Positions 52,661 through 64,000 of a stretch of 64,000 nucleotides of DNA are shown here, one piece after another. A program made the translations under genes and the position numbers. Source of the stretch: Tricharina praecox (Eukaryota); contig NW_026250407.1 in the NCBI RefSeq assembly GCF_024521635.1, positions 558,001-622,000 of the forward strand. The letters run 5' to 3'. Below the pieces are notes generated by a model, which did not search any database, was not told where the DNA came from, and saw only the letters and a list, made by a program, of their open reading frames with translations. Numbering within the stretch: position 1 is the first letter of the stretch; the number at the start of each line of letters is the position of its first letter.

Positions 52661-53579
52661 TCGTGAACCCGGGGTGTAGCTTTACTTTGGGATGCTGTAA
52701 CTTGTGAGGTGAGGTTGTGCGACGGAGATGGACGCGCGTAAAGTGCGCAGTTGAATCCATAGCTAAGTAGGTTTTCGGCCCCGGCGATTCCATGGATTTC
52801 TGTACGATGCTGGGTGGCAATAGAAGCGGATCGTGAAAAGCAAACACTCCAATGCCCACGACTATTAGCGAGCCAAAAGTCCGCTTGATCATGGTGGCTT
52901 GAGCAGTGGCCGGATTGCCTTGCTAGCAAAGACGTCGAATTATGACTACCTACTCTAGTGGGGCTGTATGTAACCAAGTATCCACAAGCTGGTATGATGT
53001 TACCGGTATTCTAGTTCCTCAGATAAGCGGGAGGAACGTCGACCCGCTTCTCTGCAGATCGTGGAAAAGCCTGTCCTCACGGAAGGAAGGAACTCTACGG
53101 TAGAGTACCTACCCTATGACTCCTCCTGCTCTTCCGGGGCTATTGCGTGTTGTCTCGATCCACTCTGAAGACTTAAACTCCCTATATCAAGCGGCAAATC
53201 AGAATTCTTCTTCCGCATCCGCCCTGCATAGCTGCCTCCCCCGTTACGCCGGGGGATCTATCACCGCCCAAGCGAGAAGCGTTTGGTGATATATCACCAA
53301 ATACCACGGCTGTATGCAGGCACAGGGGGGACAATCGGCGCGCCGGCCGTTTGATTTGGTGTTTTTTCACCAAATCCACCCCTAACCCCGCCAGTGGTGG
53401 CGGCGGGCGGCGAGCTTTGCCGCGATTGAAACCGTATTGTAGTTAGTACGGTGGTGGGGCAGATGAGGCCCATGGGAGCTACAAAAAGACCCGCTTGTCT
53501 CGTCTCGCTCTCAACACCACCCCGCCAACAACAGCGACAACACATTTTCAAGAGTCTCAAACAGAATCTCATACAGATC

Positions 53580-56122
53580 ATGGCAGACGGTATCAAACAG
53601 ACTTTTGCGAGGTGCAAGGACGAGGGCAGAGTGAGTTCCTTTCAACTCCGTTGACAGTCGCCAGACCTTTTTTTCTGGTGCCCCGCCATGGCGTCATAGG
53701 CAGACGTTTTCAAGCTTGATCCGTTTCTGACAATACTCCGGTGGCTTCTTTTTGTGTAGAGGGCCCTCGTCGCATACTTCACTGCTGGATATCCTACACC
53801 ACAGGAGACTCCCGATATCATGCTGGGAATGGAGGCGGGTGGTGCAGGTGCGACCTTAATCGAGGAAACCCTCTTGTCTCACCGCTGAGCTGACATTGTC
53901 CGCCTGCGCTGAACTATAGACATTATCGAACTCGGAATCCCCTTCACAGACCCGATCGCAGACGGTCCTACCATCCAGAAAGCCAATACCGTAAATCCTT
54001 CCGGAGTTACGTTTCGTTATGGTTGTGACTCACACAACTTCAGATTGCGCTTAAACATGGCGTCACGATAACGCAGTCTCTCGGATTCGTACGAGATGCC
54101 AGGGCGAAGGGTCTCAAGGTCCCTGTTCTTTTCATGGGATACTACAACCCGATGATGCAGTACGGCGAGCAGCGACTCATCCGCGACTGCAAGGCCGCGG
54201 GGGTCAACGGTTTCATCGTCTGTGACTTCCCTCCGGAGGAAGCCATCAAGTTCCGAGGATTCTGCGCTGCTGAGGGGTCTGTCTCCCAATCTGGGAAATA
54301 GTCATGCCACTGAGTAACTAATAGTAGTATAGAATGAGCTACGTGCCATTGATTGCGCCTTCGACCTCGCCCGCACGCATGAAGCTCCTATGCTCTATCG
54401 CCGATTCGTTCATCTACGTTGTCTCACGTATGGGCGTTACCGGTGCCACTGGATCGCTCGATACCGGTCTTCCCGCGCTGTGCAAGCGTGTGCACGACTA
54501 CTCCGGCGGTGTCCCGATTGCTGTCGGATTCGGTGTGTCCACGCGGGAGCACTTCCTTTCCGTTGGAGAGATCGCCGACGGTGTTGTCATTGGCTCGCAG
54601 TACATCACCGTTCTCGAGCGTGCTGCAGAGGGCGAGCGGCCGGAGGCTGTCAGGAAATACACTGCCGGGATCACCGGACGGGATATGACTCTGAAGACCA
54701 GGGTGGTCGGTATTGAAGAGGTGATTTCGAAAGTGGCGGCTGTGGAGAATGTGGAGGGTCACCCTACTGCTGTGATCACCGAGGCGGATGTTCCTAAGGA
54801 GGCTGGTTTGCTGGATCAAATCGAGGCTTTGAACGTGGATGGAGATGTCAACCCCAACGTATGCACTCCTCCATCCTATCCACACGTCCATATATCCACA
54901 TACTAACATTCACCACCAGGCAATTCCCGACCGCTTTGGTGAATTCGGTGGTCAGTACGTTCCCGAGTCATTGATGGACTGTCTCGCCGAGCTCGAAGCC
55001 GGCTTCGTCAAGGCCAAGAACGATCCCGCTTTCTGGGAAGAGTACAAGTCCTACTACCCCTACATGGGCCGTCCCGGGCACCTCCAATACGCCGACCGGC
55101 TCACCGAGCACTGTGGCGGAGCTAAGATCTGGCTCAAGCGCGAGGACCTTAACCACACCGGTTCTCACAAGATTAACAACGCCCTTGGTCAAGTCCTTCT
55201 TGCTATCCGCCTCGGCAAGACCGAGATCATCGCCGAGACCGGTGCTGGCCAGCACGGTGTTGCCACTGCCACCGTCTGCGCCAAGTTTGGGCTCAAGTGC
55301 ACAGTCTACATGGGAGCCGAAGATGTCCGCCGCCAGGCCCTCAACGTCTTTCGCATGAAGCTCCTCGGCGCACAGGTCATTGCCGTCGAGGCTGGAACTC
55401 GCACTCTCCGTGACGCCGTCAACGAAGCCCTTCGCGCGTGGGTCACCCAGCTCTCCACCACCCACTACATCATCGGCTCCGCCATCGGCCCGCACCCCTT
55501 CCCCACCATCGTCCGCACATTCCAATCCGTCATCGGCAACGAGACGAAAGAGCAACTGCAAGCCGCGCGCGGCAAGCTCCCGGACGCCGTAGTCGCCTGC
55601 GTCGGCGGCGGTTCGAACTGCGTAGGAATGTTCTATCCGTTCACCAACGACCCGACCGTGAAGCTCCTCGGCGTGGAAGCCGGCGGCGATGGCGTCGACA
55701 CCCTCCGGCACTCGGCCACTCTCACTGGCGGCAAGATCGGCGTCCTCCACGGCGTGCGCACCTACGTCCTGCAAAACTCCGACGGCCAGATCTCGGATAC
55801 CCACTCCGTCTCGGCCGGCCTCGACTACCCCGGCGTCGGCCCAGAGCTGTCCTCGTGGAAGCAGACGGAGCGCGCAAAGTTCATTGCCGCCACCGACGCC
55901 CAGGCGTTCGAGGGCTTCAAGAACTTGTCCGAGCTCGAGGGTATCATCCCCGCGCTCGAGAGCGCACACGCTATCTATGGAGGCATGGAGCTCGCCAAGA
56001 CCATGGGCAAAGACGAGGACCTGGTCATCTGCCTCAGTGGCCGTGGTGATAAGGATGTGCAGAGTGTGGCTGAGGAACTGCCGAAGATCGGGCCGATGAT
56101 TGGTTGGGATCTGAGGTTTTAG
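53580..56122 (+). CDS. TRP5: Tryptophan synthase, fused alpha-beta fungal type, multi-exon
   Basis: [56 protein letters not shown] and LSGRGDKD. Confidence 0.97.
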
Positions 56123-56399
56123 ATGTGCTAGTTGCCAGTTGCGGGAAAAATTGGAGCAGTTTGGTTTTGGGTTGGTAGATCAATGAAATACCTACTGCTC
56201 TTGTTAATGCAGTTGGTGTGAATATTCCCCATGAAATTCAAAGGCATTCGATTGTCCCTGGTGACTGTGAGTGTCATATGATAGATCCGGAACGCCCGAA
56301 AATTAATTGTTAAAATTATACATGGGTAAACTGTGGCTCCCAGATATGTAGATCAAATAATCTTCTGGCACTCCAACGTGAAGAAGCGTATGTGCATCA

Positions 56400-57241
56400 T
56401 CATTCCTCCCGCGGCTGCCCCAGTACCTTCCCCACCTCCTCCACCGCGTCCTCAAAATCCTCAAATTCGACCCTCCCACTCGTCAACCGCTTCACCCACT
56501 CCTCCCTCCCCGTTTCGTCGACGCCCACAAGGACAACACCCATCCTCTCCGCCGCGACAAAAAAGCAGGCTGCGGCGACGGTGCGGGCCGTGAAAAGATT
56601 CACGAGCCTATAATCCCTAACCGCCATTAAGACCACAGCGCGAACCTCCCTACCCAGGGCGGTCTCTGACGCCTCCACGACGCTGACCTCCTCTCGCTCG
56701 TCCTCGGCCAGCCCCTCAAGGTGCTCTGTCCCCGGCAGGGCCAGCGCCTTCGACAGGAAGCGCGGGACGTAGTCCAGCGGCTGGGGCAGGCGGATATCGA
56801 AGCGCAGGACGCGCAGCAGGATCAGCTCCGCGGTGACGAGGGTGGCGCGCAGCGCATCGTACAGCGTCGACGGGAACGTCAGCGGCGCTGCGGTCGGCTG
56901 CAGGAGCGCGTATGCTGGCAGAAGGAACTCGCGAAGGCGCCGCGGGGACTCGGTGCTTTTTGTGGCGAGGGAGAGGGAGGCTAGTGCGAGGGTCTGTGAG
57001 GGTGAGTGGGTGGTAGGGAGGGCGGGGAGGGGGTGGGGTACGCTACGTGCGGGTCCAGTGGGTCGGCGGGGGACGGGAGCGCGGAGGAGGCGTGGAAGTG
57101 GTGGTATTTGTTCGTGTAGATAAACGCCATGCAGAGCGTCTCGCTGCGCAGACGGAGGGAGTCGGCGATCAGCGTCATGAAGGAGTGCGCCGAGGTGGGG
57201 TACAACATGGCCGCTGGTGGGACTGGGGGTATTTTCGACAT
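56400..57241 (-). CDS. Cyclin-like protein (transcriptional cyclin-type fold), 2 exons
   Basis: IADSLRL..ETLCMAFIYTNKY, LALASLSLATKSTESPRRLRE and LVTAELILLRVLRFDIR..P. Confidence 0.8.
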
Positions 57242-57375
57242 GTCGCTGGCTGGCCGGTGGGGAGCACGGTGCACGAAACACCCTGGTGGGTGGGGTGGAC
57301 GCGACGGTTAACTATCGCGAAGACAGGGTAAATCCTGTACGACTCACGACCAACCAGCTTTGAACCATCGCAGAA

Positions 57376-58446
57376 ATGGTACTGGAGCTATGGGGCAGCG
57401 GATTCAATGCGTTCTCGCAACTCGTGCCCGACGATGACCCGTTCCCGGACGATATCTACACGCCCGCGCTGCTAGTAACTGCAAATGTCTCGCTGGAGCC
57501 CGTGTTTGTCGGCTGGAGTGACCTCGGACGTGTGTTCTCCCCCCCTCAAGCCATATTAGATCGAACACTGACAGTCGTAATTGCTCAAGTCGTGATAGAC
57601 GGTACACTCTATTGGCGTGGCCCTACCAAGGACCGCACCGATGGCCATGATCCGCAGTCTACGGCCACCGGCCTATTCGCCGGGAACCAACAGGGCATGA
57701 TCAGCACGCCGCATCACTCGGACGTTTCCCACCTAGCCCACGACGGAACCTATCGGATCGCCTGGATCCACAGCCCCTCCCCGGCCACCGTGCGGACAAC
57801 GCAACTCCACCGGCCCGACCTCTCCTTCGCGCGGCCAACACCGTACGGCCTCTGGGCCGACGGCGAGAACATGGTCCAACATCACATCGAGACCCGCGCG
57901 ATAACGCAGCTAGCGGCGAACGAAACCAGCTTTACGGCGCTGACGGCCGAAGGGCGGGTGTTCACGTGGGGGGATGCGAGGGGCGTGCACTCGCTTGGCC
58001 GCGAGCCCACGGCGGACGAGCCCGCGGAGGTGCCCGCGGTTGTTGCGGCGCTGGATGGGCTCGTGGTCACACGGATTGCGAGTGGTGGCGGGATGAGTGC
58101 GGCACTCGCCGAGTCGGGGGATGTGTACCTCTGGGGCGCCGGAAAGGTGGAGGGGCTGGGGGGTGTGCCCGGGGAGGTGGCATTGGTGGACTTGCCGGTG
58201 GGGGAGGTGGATATTGTGGATGTGGCGGTGGGCGCAGGGCATGTGCTCATGCTCACCGTCGAGGGGGAGGTGTGGGCAGCTGGAGAGAATGAGAATGGGC
58301 AGTTGGGCGGGGAAGAGAGGGCGCAGAGTGAGTGGAGGGGGTGGAAGGGCCCGTGGAAGGGACGAGTGATGAGGGTGTTTAGTGGGTCGTTTGCGTGGTG
58401 TTCACTTGTGCTTGTTGAGAGAGATATTGATCATGAGGACGAATGA
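57376..58446 (+). CDS. RCC1/BLIP-II repeat protein
   Basis: WGSGFNAFSQL, ALTAEGRVFTWG, ALAESGDVYLWG and VAVGAGHVLMLTVEGEVWAAGENENGQLG. Confidence 0.88.
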   Translation: MVLELWGSGFNAFSQLVPDDDPFPDDIYTPALLVTANVSLEPVFVGWSDLGRVFSPPQAILDRTLTVVIAQVVIDGTLYWRGPTKDRTDGHDPQSTATGLFAGNQQGMISTPHHSDVSHLAHDGTYRIAWIHSPSPATVRTTQLHRPDLSFARPTPYGLWADGENMVQHHIETRAITQLAANETSFTALTAEGRVFTWGDARGVHSLGREPTADEPAEVPAVVAALDGLVVTRIASGGGMSAALAESGDVYLWGAGKVEGLGGVPGEVALVDLPVGEVDIVDVAVGAGHVLMLTVEGEVWAAGENENGQLGGEERAQSEWRGWKGPWKGRVMRVFSGSFAWCSLVLVERDIDHEDE

Positions 58447-58844
58447 GTATTATTCAAACACACCATATCCCCTCCGCTTCCATTCACCACCCTGTCCCCA
58501 CTCCCGTCCCTAGCCAGCCATAATAATAACCGCAATCGGTAATAGTACATGAGTAACAGTCCAGTAGGGTCTATTACTCTTAGATCGTTCATCGTAGACA
58601 TAGAATAAACAAAGCACCAACAAATGCAAATGAACCCGCTCAAAAAGACCAAAAAAAGGGAAATAATGCCACGCTATGCAAGATAAGAAAAGAAAAGCAA
58701 AGAAAAAGACCCAACAATGCAATGGTAGTGGAATAAAACGGAGGATGCTTTTGTACAAACGGGACACGAAGACAGAAGAAACTCAAAGAACACATGTCGG
58801 ATCATGAACATTTCTCATACATGAGACAGACCGGGCCAGACAAA

Positions 58845-61175
58845 TCAAACCGACCGCTTGTAGTAAACTCGCGGATGGAACGACTCCCTGTTTCCTGGCG
58901 TGCCCTCGGAAGGCTCGGTGGGATACGGAAGGCCGCTGTTGACAGTACCCATCTGGATGTGCGCACTCTTCTCGTTTGGATACTCCTCTGGACTCGGAGG
59001 ACCATTAGGCGTAGTTGGAGTGGGACCGAAGGTAGGGAAGTTGGGCTGCTGCGTCTGGGTCTGGTACTTTCCGTAGACTCCTTGTCCGTCACTGATACCG
59101 CCTGTGAACAGGTGAGGCTGGGGCAATGGGGCGGCGCCGCCTTCTCCACGGACGAGCTCGCGTCCGAACCAGAGGCAGGCAGTGCGGATGAGGGCAATGA
59201 TACAAACGACGACCCAAACGCCCAAGATTGCTGCCGAGATCATCGCTTCCTGCTTGATGGAACTCTCCCATTTGTTGGTGAGCTTCACGACCACATCAGT
59301 AATCTGGTCGGTAGCCGCCGAGCCGGGGTTTGACAGGAAGCTAGAAGCAGGGTCCGAATCCGAGCCGATGGATTCCAAGGCACCGCGAGAGAATGCGTCT
59401 TCTGGCAGAGTCGGGAAGGTGATCTGCGCGTGCTCGTTGGCCCAGGTGAGGCCCTTCTGAATGCCTTGGATCTTGATGGTGACCAGGCAGTTGAGAACCT
59501 CGTTGATTACCGCGGCCAGAGGCGTGTCCTTGAAGAAGGAGTCCACACCATCGTGCATGGTATCGACGAAGGTATTCAGGGTGTCATTGAGCGAGTCTGT
59601 TCCCTCTTTGACCCAGCCGAAAAGTTCGTCGTTGAGCTCAGCGTTGGTGGTATTGAGCGCCTGGTTCGCTCCAATAGCCCACTGCTTGGAAGCATTCTCG
59701 AGCTTGTCGACGACCATACCCGCAAACTCTCCGATCTCCTCGGCCAGACCAGGAGTACGAGCCTCGACTTGCTTCAGGAGGATCATCTGGCATGCAACGC
59801 TGAAGAGACCGGCGACACCGAGGGAGAGCACAAACAACGCCGCGGGGGATGTCACGTAAGAAACAGCCCACCTGATGAGAGTCTGCCTGCGGTTGGACTT
59901 GGAGAACTTAGAGATCCTGAGGCTGAACACTGAGGAGTTCGGGTGAGAGGCGATGTGAACGACATCGACCGGGTCAAAGGCGCGAATCGGGTCCGAAAGC
60001 AGGAAGGCGTGGCGTCTGGTGGTACGGAACGAGTGCCACTCCCGGTAACCCATGGGGATCATGACGAGAAGTGCGAGCGCGATGATGACACCGACAAGAA
60101 TGTTCTTGACCTTGAACACAAGGTCCTTCAGGTTGTCGAAGAAGTTGTTGATGCTCGGGTTGTCGGTGCAGAAGGTAAGCTTCTCCTTCGCGGGAACAGG
60201 GAAGACGGAGCGGTCAAACTCGTAGATGCCCAGGGTGCTGTTGACCTTGTTCTACGCAAAGTTAGCAATCCGTTCGGTATCGTACAGACAAGTGGGTATA
60301 CTGACGAGCAACAACTGGAAGGGAATCCGGATGGCATCTCCGGCGGCCTCCTTGACCTCCTCGAAAGTGGGAATGCTGTTCTCCATGTCGTCCAGCTTTT
60401 GCTTGAAGTCATCGGGAATAGTGAGACCATCCTTGAGTTTGTCCAACGCTGGGAGGTTGACGTCGGGGATATCGACCCCACCGCCCAAGAAGTTCGGTAT
60501 GCTCTCAAGGAAACTCGTGACCTTGTTGATGCCATCCTCGATGGTCTGCACCTGGCCATCGACGCTGTTGAAGATATCTGTCATGGCATTGTTGACAAAA
60601 TCGGTAATCTCCTTGAGAGCATCGACCATCACACCGACAGATCCGCGCACCGCGAGGGTAATCAGACAGACGTAGGTAGAAGTGATCAGGTTGACGATGA
60701 ACACAACCATCTCCTGAACTCCGGTGATCATGAGGAGTAAGGTAGCCTCGAGCGCACGAATGGCACTCTCGATCCCCTTCGCCGCCATCTCGTTGACACC
60801 ATTGGCCATGTAGAACGGCATCGAAGCCATCGCAGTGCCCATGCTCTCCACACCCGTGCATGCCGAGAAAGCCTTGTCCCGCGCCGACTCGAGGTCAGAG
60901 TCCAGGGATACCGTGGCGAGAATCACCCGAACCATGATCAGCAGCAGCAGCACGGTCCATCTGTTGAACCACACCTGTGACAGCCGGGAACGCACTCCGA
61001 GGTACGGCGTGAGTTCTGGCGTGGTCTGTGGGATCCTTCGAGAGTTGTTGACGTTCATGGCGTCTTCATATGAAGGAGCGTCTCTCCATGGGTGTGCGCC
61101 GCCCTTCATGTTGTCGTCGTACGGGCTCGATCCCGGGAATATCTTGCCCCGCAGTGAAGTAACCAGGCCAGCCAT
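58845..61175 (-). CDS. PRM1: Plasma-membrane fusion protein PRM1, 2 exons
   Basis: TPYLGVRSRLSQVWFNRWTVLLLL, ACTGVESMGTAMASMP, NDELFGWV and LNCLVTIKIQGIQKGLTW; intron 60252-60305. Confidence 0.93.
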
Positions 61176-62812
61176 TGTTGAATAAAAATCAAATATGAAG
61201 AGAAGGAAACAAGTAACAAAGGAGAAACGATAGGAAATGGGTCCCGAAGGATGGGGATGGGATTCGATCCGATATGCGCAGTCAACTGTGCAATGGTCCG
61301 ACGGGTGTGGTGAAGATTGGTGACTCTTGTCGAAAGAGAGGATGAAGAGGTTTAGAGAAGGTGGATCGTCGACGGCCTTATGCGCGCGATGTGTTTCGTT
61401 TTGTGGGTTTTATAGGTGATGAACTTGAAGGAAATAACTTGAACGACCGGCGAGCAGGTGAGAATCGAATATAGGGTGCTCTAGCTTGTCAGTTGTTTTT
61501 CCAGCTTGAATGGAGGTTGACGAGTTCAGCTGAATTGAAGCACAGCTCACAACTAGACAAGACGAGAGGGGGTGGAGGGAAGGAAGGCGGTGGCGGCGAG
61601 ATATCAGCAAGACCCGAAGTCCAGAAACATGTCGAGGGAGAGCGGGGGAGATATTTAATGTGGGAGAGTGCGGCGATTTTTCGCTCGCAGCTCGAATACC
61701 AGCCGGTGTATCAAACAGTCCCGAGACCATCATAGGCCAGCGCGAAAATAGGCAAGAAACCCCTCTCCTTCCTCAGCCGACTCTCTCCCAAGCATCATCA
61801 TCACCACCGCAAATCAACCTAGCAGATAAACGTTGCCGATTGGTGTCTTGCAGATATCGCCTTGTTTCCCCCTAGCGTGTGCCGCAAAGCGCCCACTGCG
61901 CGCCCCTGGTTCCTCGCGCTCTCATTCGTCGCCTCCAACGTCACCCCGTCCCAAAAATAACGCCATCCGATCGCTTTTATTTCCCGAGAGCATCCATGCT
62001 TGGATCTTGCAGGAGGAAGCGGGAGAGAGGCACTGATTTTAAGTTGCGAAGATGATAGCGAAGAAAGTCCTCTCTTTCTCCAAACAAGCCGCTTCGGATT
62101 CCCCAGAGAGGGACATCAATTCCACTGGCATCCCGTGCTCGCATCGAAATTACGTCCAGCCACAGTCCCTCCAGAGTCCAGTCCACCCCTCCGGAACGAA
62201 TCCGTCCGTCTGTCCGCCCCAGTCCACCCAGTCACGCGTGCGCACGTTTCATCTCCACCCCGCGGCGGCAAACCACAGCGCAGCACAGCAGATCTCCCCA
62301 ATCTCGAAAATAGTCACGCGTTTCATCGCTCCCTCTCTCCCTCTCTTTTCTTCACCTCCGGTAGTCGGTAGGGCGTGGCGACTAGATATCCCGCAGTATA
62401 AAATTTGCAAGGAAGCTTCCCAAAATAGAGCTGCGATGAATTTGTGGAGTGGACAGTGCACACTGGACGCCCGAACCACTGCATATGCGCCCGCGACTAC
62501 ATATGACCGGTAGTTCAGGCCACATACCTACGAAGTCTCCCTCTCTCTCTGGCTGCCTGAGAGCAGACCGAATGCGGGATGTGGACGACAATCTGCCCAT
62601 TAGATTGGCCGCTCGTGCGGGTCGCATAAAGTGGTTCCTAAAACCAATCGACAAGCTTTTTCCTATTCGAGTTTTTACCCTCTTTTCCGCGCAACTATAC
62701 AAGAGATAGACTTCATCCATGTAAATCCCGCGGTTTCTAGTGATTCTACAGAACGGACGTACGGACATCAATATACAAGTTACCGCAATGAGACGCAGCC
62801 GGCCGCCGTACC

Positions 62813-64000
62813 TTACATGTACTTCTTCAGATCACGCAGCCTCTCCTTCGCAGCCTCTAGAACATCATCGTTCTTACACACCGCAAACCTGAGGTAGTTC
62901 TCCGCCTCTTTCTCATGCTGTGGGGTATAGAACTCTGTTGGGGGGATGGCAGCAACGCCCAGCTCCTTGATCAGGAACCAGCACAGCTGGAAGTCCCTCG
63001 GTCGCTCGGCCACATGTGGTGGGAAGTCGTATCCTTCGGGAATCTTGACTTTGTTCAAGTTCACCAACCTGCATGGCATTTCCACGTCAGTGTCGTTTCA
63101 TGTGGGGATCGACGGGGCCACGTACACGAAGTAACCACCATCCGGCTCCGTGTATGGCACTCCGAGCTCATACCAGATCTCATTGAACCGATCCATCTTT
63201 GCCTTCATGTCCTTCTTCGACGTTTCCCAGAACCCCTCACTATCCGCCTCCTCAAGACCGATCGCCACTGCCTCCTGCAGTGGAGACACAGACGAGAAGC
63301 AGATACGTGTGTGCGCTGCACCGGCGTATTTGATCAGATGTGGCTTTCCGATCAACCAGCCCACGCGCCAGCCCGTGCAGTAGAAGTTCTTGCCCGCGGA
63401 GCCGACGGTGATGGTAAGGTTCTCGATCTCGGGGGAGAGCGTGGCGATCCGAGTGAACGGCGTGTAGAAGAGCCGGTCGTACACTTCATCGCTGAGGATT
63501 ATGATGTTGTGCTTTACGCAGAGCGCACCAATGCCCTCGAGCTCTGCGCGGCTGAAGACTTTGCCGATGGGGTTGTGTCTAGATACGTTAGTTTTATTTC
63601 CATTACGCGAAGTGAAGAGCTCACGGGGTGTTAAGAACAATCATCTTCGTCTTGGAGGTGATCTTCTCCTCGAGCTCCTTCAGATCAAGTCTCCATTCAC
63701 TGGCTGGACAAACCTCGGTGTCTCCCTTCTCCGGCGGATGCAACGAAACATAGACCACCTGCGTAGACACCTCTCAACAACTGTTCACATCACACGCTCA
63801 CACCACAGCGCGTTTACCTTCCCACCCGCCATGGCGATGTTGCTGATATACTGATCAAAATACGGCTCCATAACGATCACCTCATCTCCCGGCTCAATGA
63901 ACCCCATGAACGCGGACAACATCCCCTCGTTCGCCCCGGTGGTGACCACAATCTCGTCGACGGGGTTCAGCGTGCGGCCAAAGAACGGGGAATAGGAGTC
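62813..64000 (-). CDS. Class I PLP aminotransferase, kynurenine/glutamine transaminase (Bna3-like), 5' end beyond window
   Basis: VTTGANEGML, EPYFDQY, LNTPHNPIGKVF, SDEVYDRL, GSAGKNFYCTGWRVGW and LRFAVCK. Confidence 0.92.

Noticed and set aside
54968..56099. Long antisense and alternative-frame ORFs over TRP5 (similar ones over SUV3, ESA1, PRM1)
   Set aside because: Expected shadow ORFs of GC3-rich coding sequence.
43739..64000. Putative metal/nitrogen/tryptophan gene cluster (ureG, PCS, TRP5, aminotransferase)
   Set aside because: Interspersed with unrelated housekeeping genes, with no single pathway or cluster regulator.

Overview
Eukaryotic, intron-containing DNA from a filamentous ascomycete. 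A Pezizomycetes-type genome is my inference from gene content, not something the sequence proves. The window holds about 21 protein-coding genes: an Amt/Mep ammonium transporter (partial), SUV3, ESA1, a PtaB/Mfg1 LIM-binding-domain polyQ regulator, a triple-KH RNA-binding protein, a ~1500-aa MYND-like orphan, TRAPPC2L, an EamA transporter, RRG9, UreG, Cnl2/Nkp2, EAF3, phytochelatin synthase, fused tryptophan synthase, a cyclin-like gene, an RCC1-repeat gene, PRM1, a kynurenine-type aminotransferase (partial) and three hypotheticals. Features the ORF track misses: (1) a spliced non-coding host gene carrying snR190 and U14 box C/D snoRNAs, one per intron (~28.4-28.9 kb); (2) an 804-bp non-autonomous hAT-type element with 17-bp inverted termini and a perfect 8-bp target-site duplication (7210-8013); (3) an internally deleted Ty1/copia element with two diverged LTRs (9846-11869). 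Unusual protein features are a CCHC zinc knuckle fused to the SUV3 C-terminus and a mitochondrial-type N-terminal extension on phytochelatin synthase. I found no clearly new multi-gene system. All calls come from reading the sequence and recalled family motifs; no searches were run. CDS spans include introns, and exon boundaries were inferred by eye.
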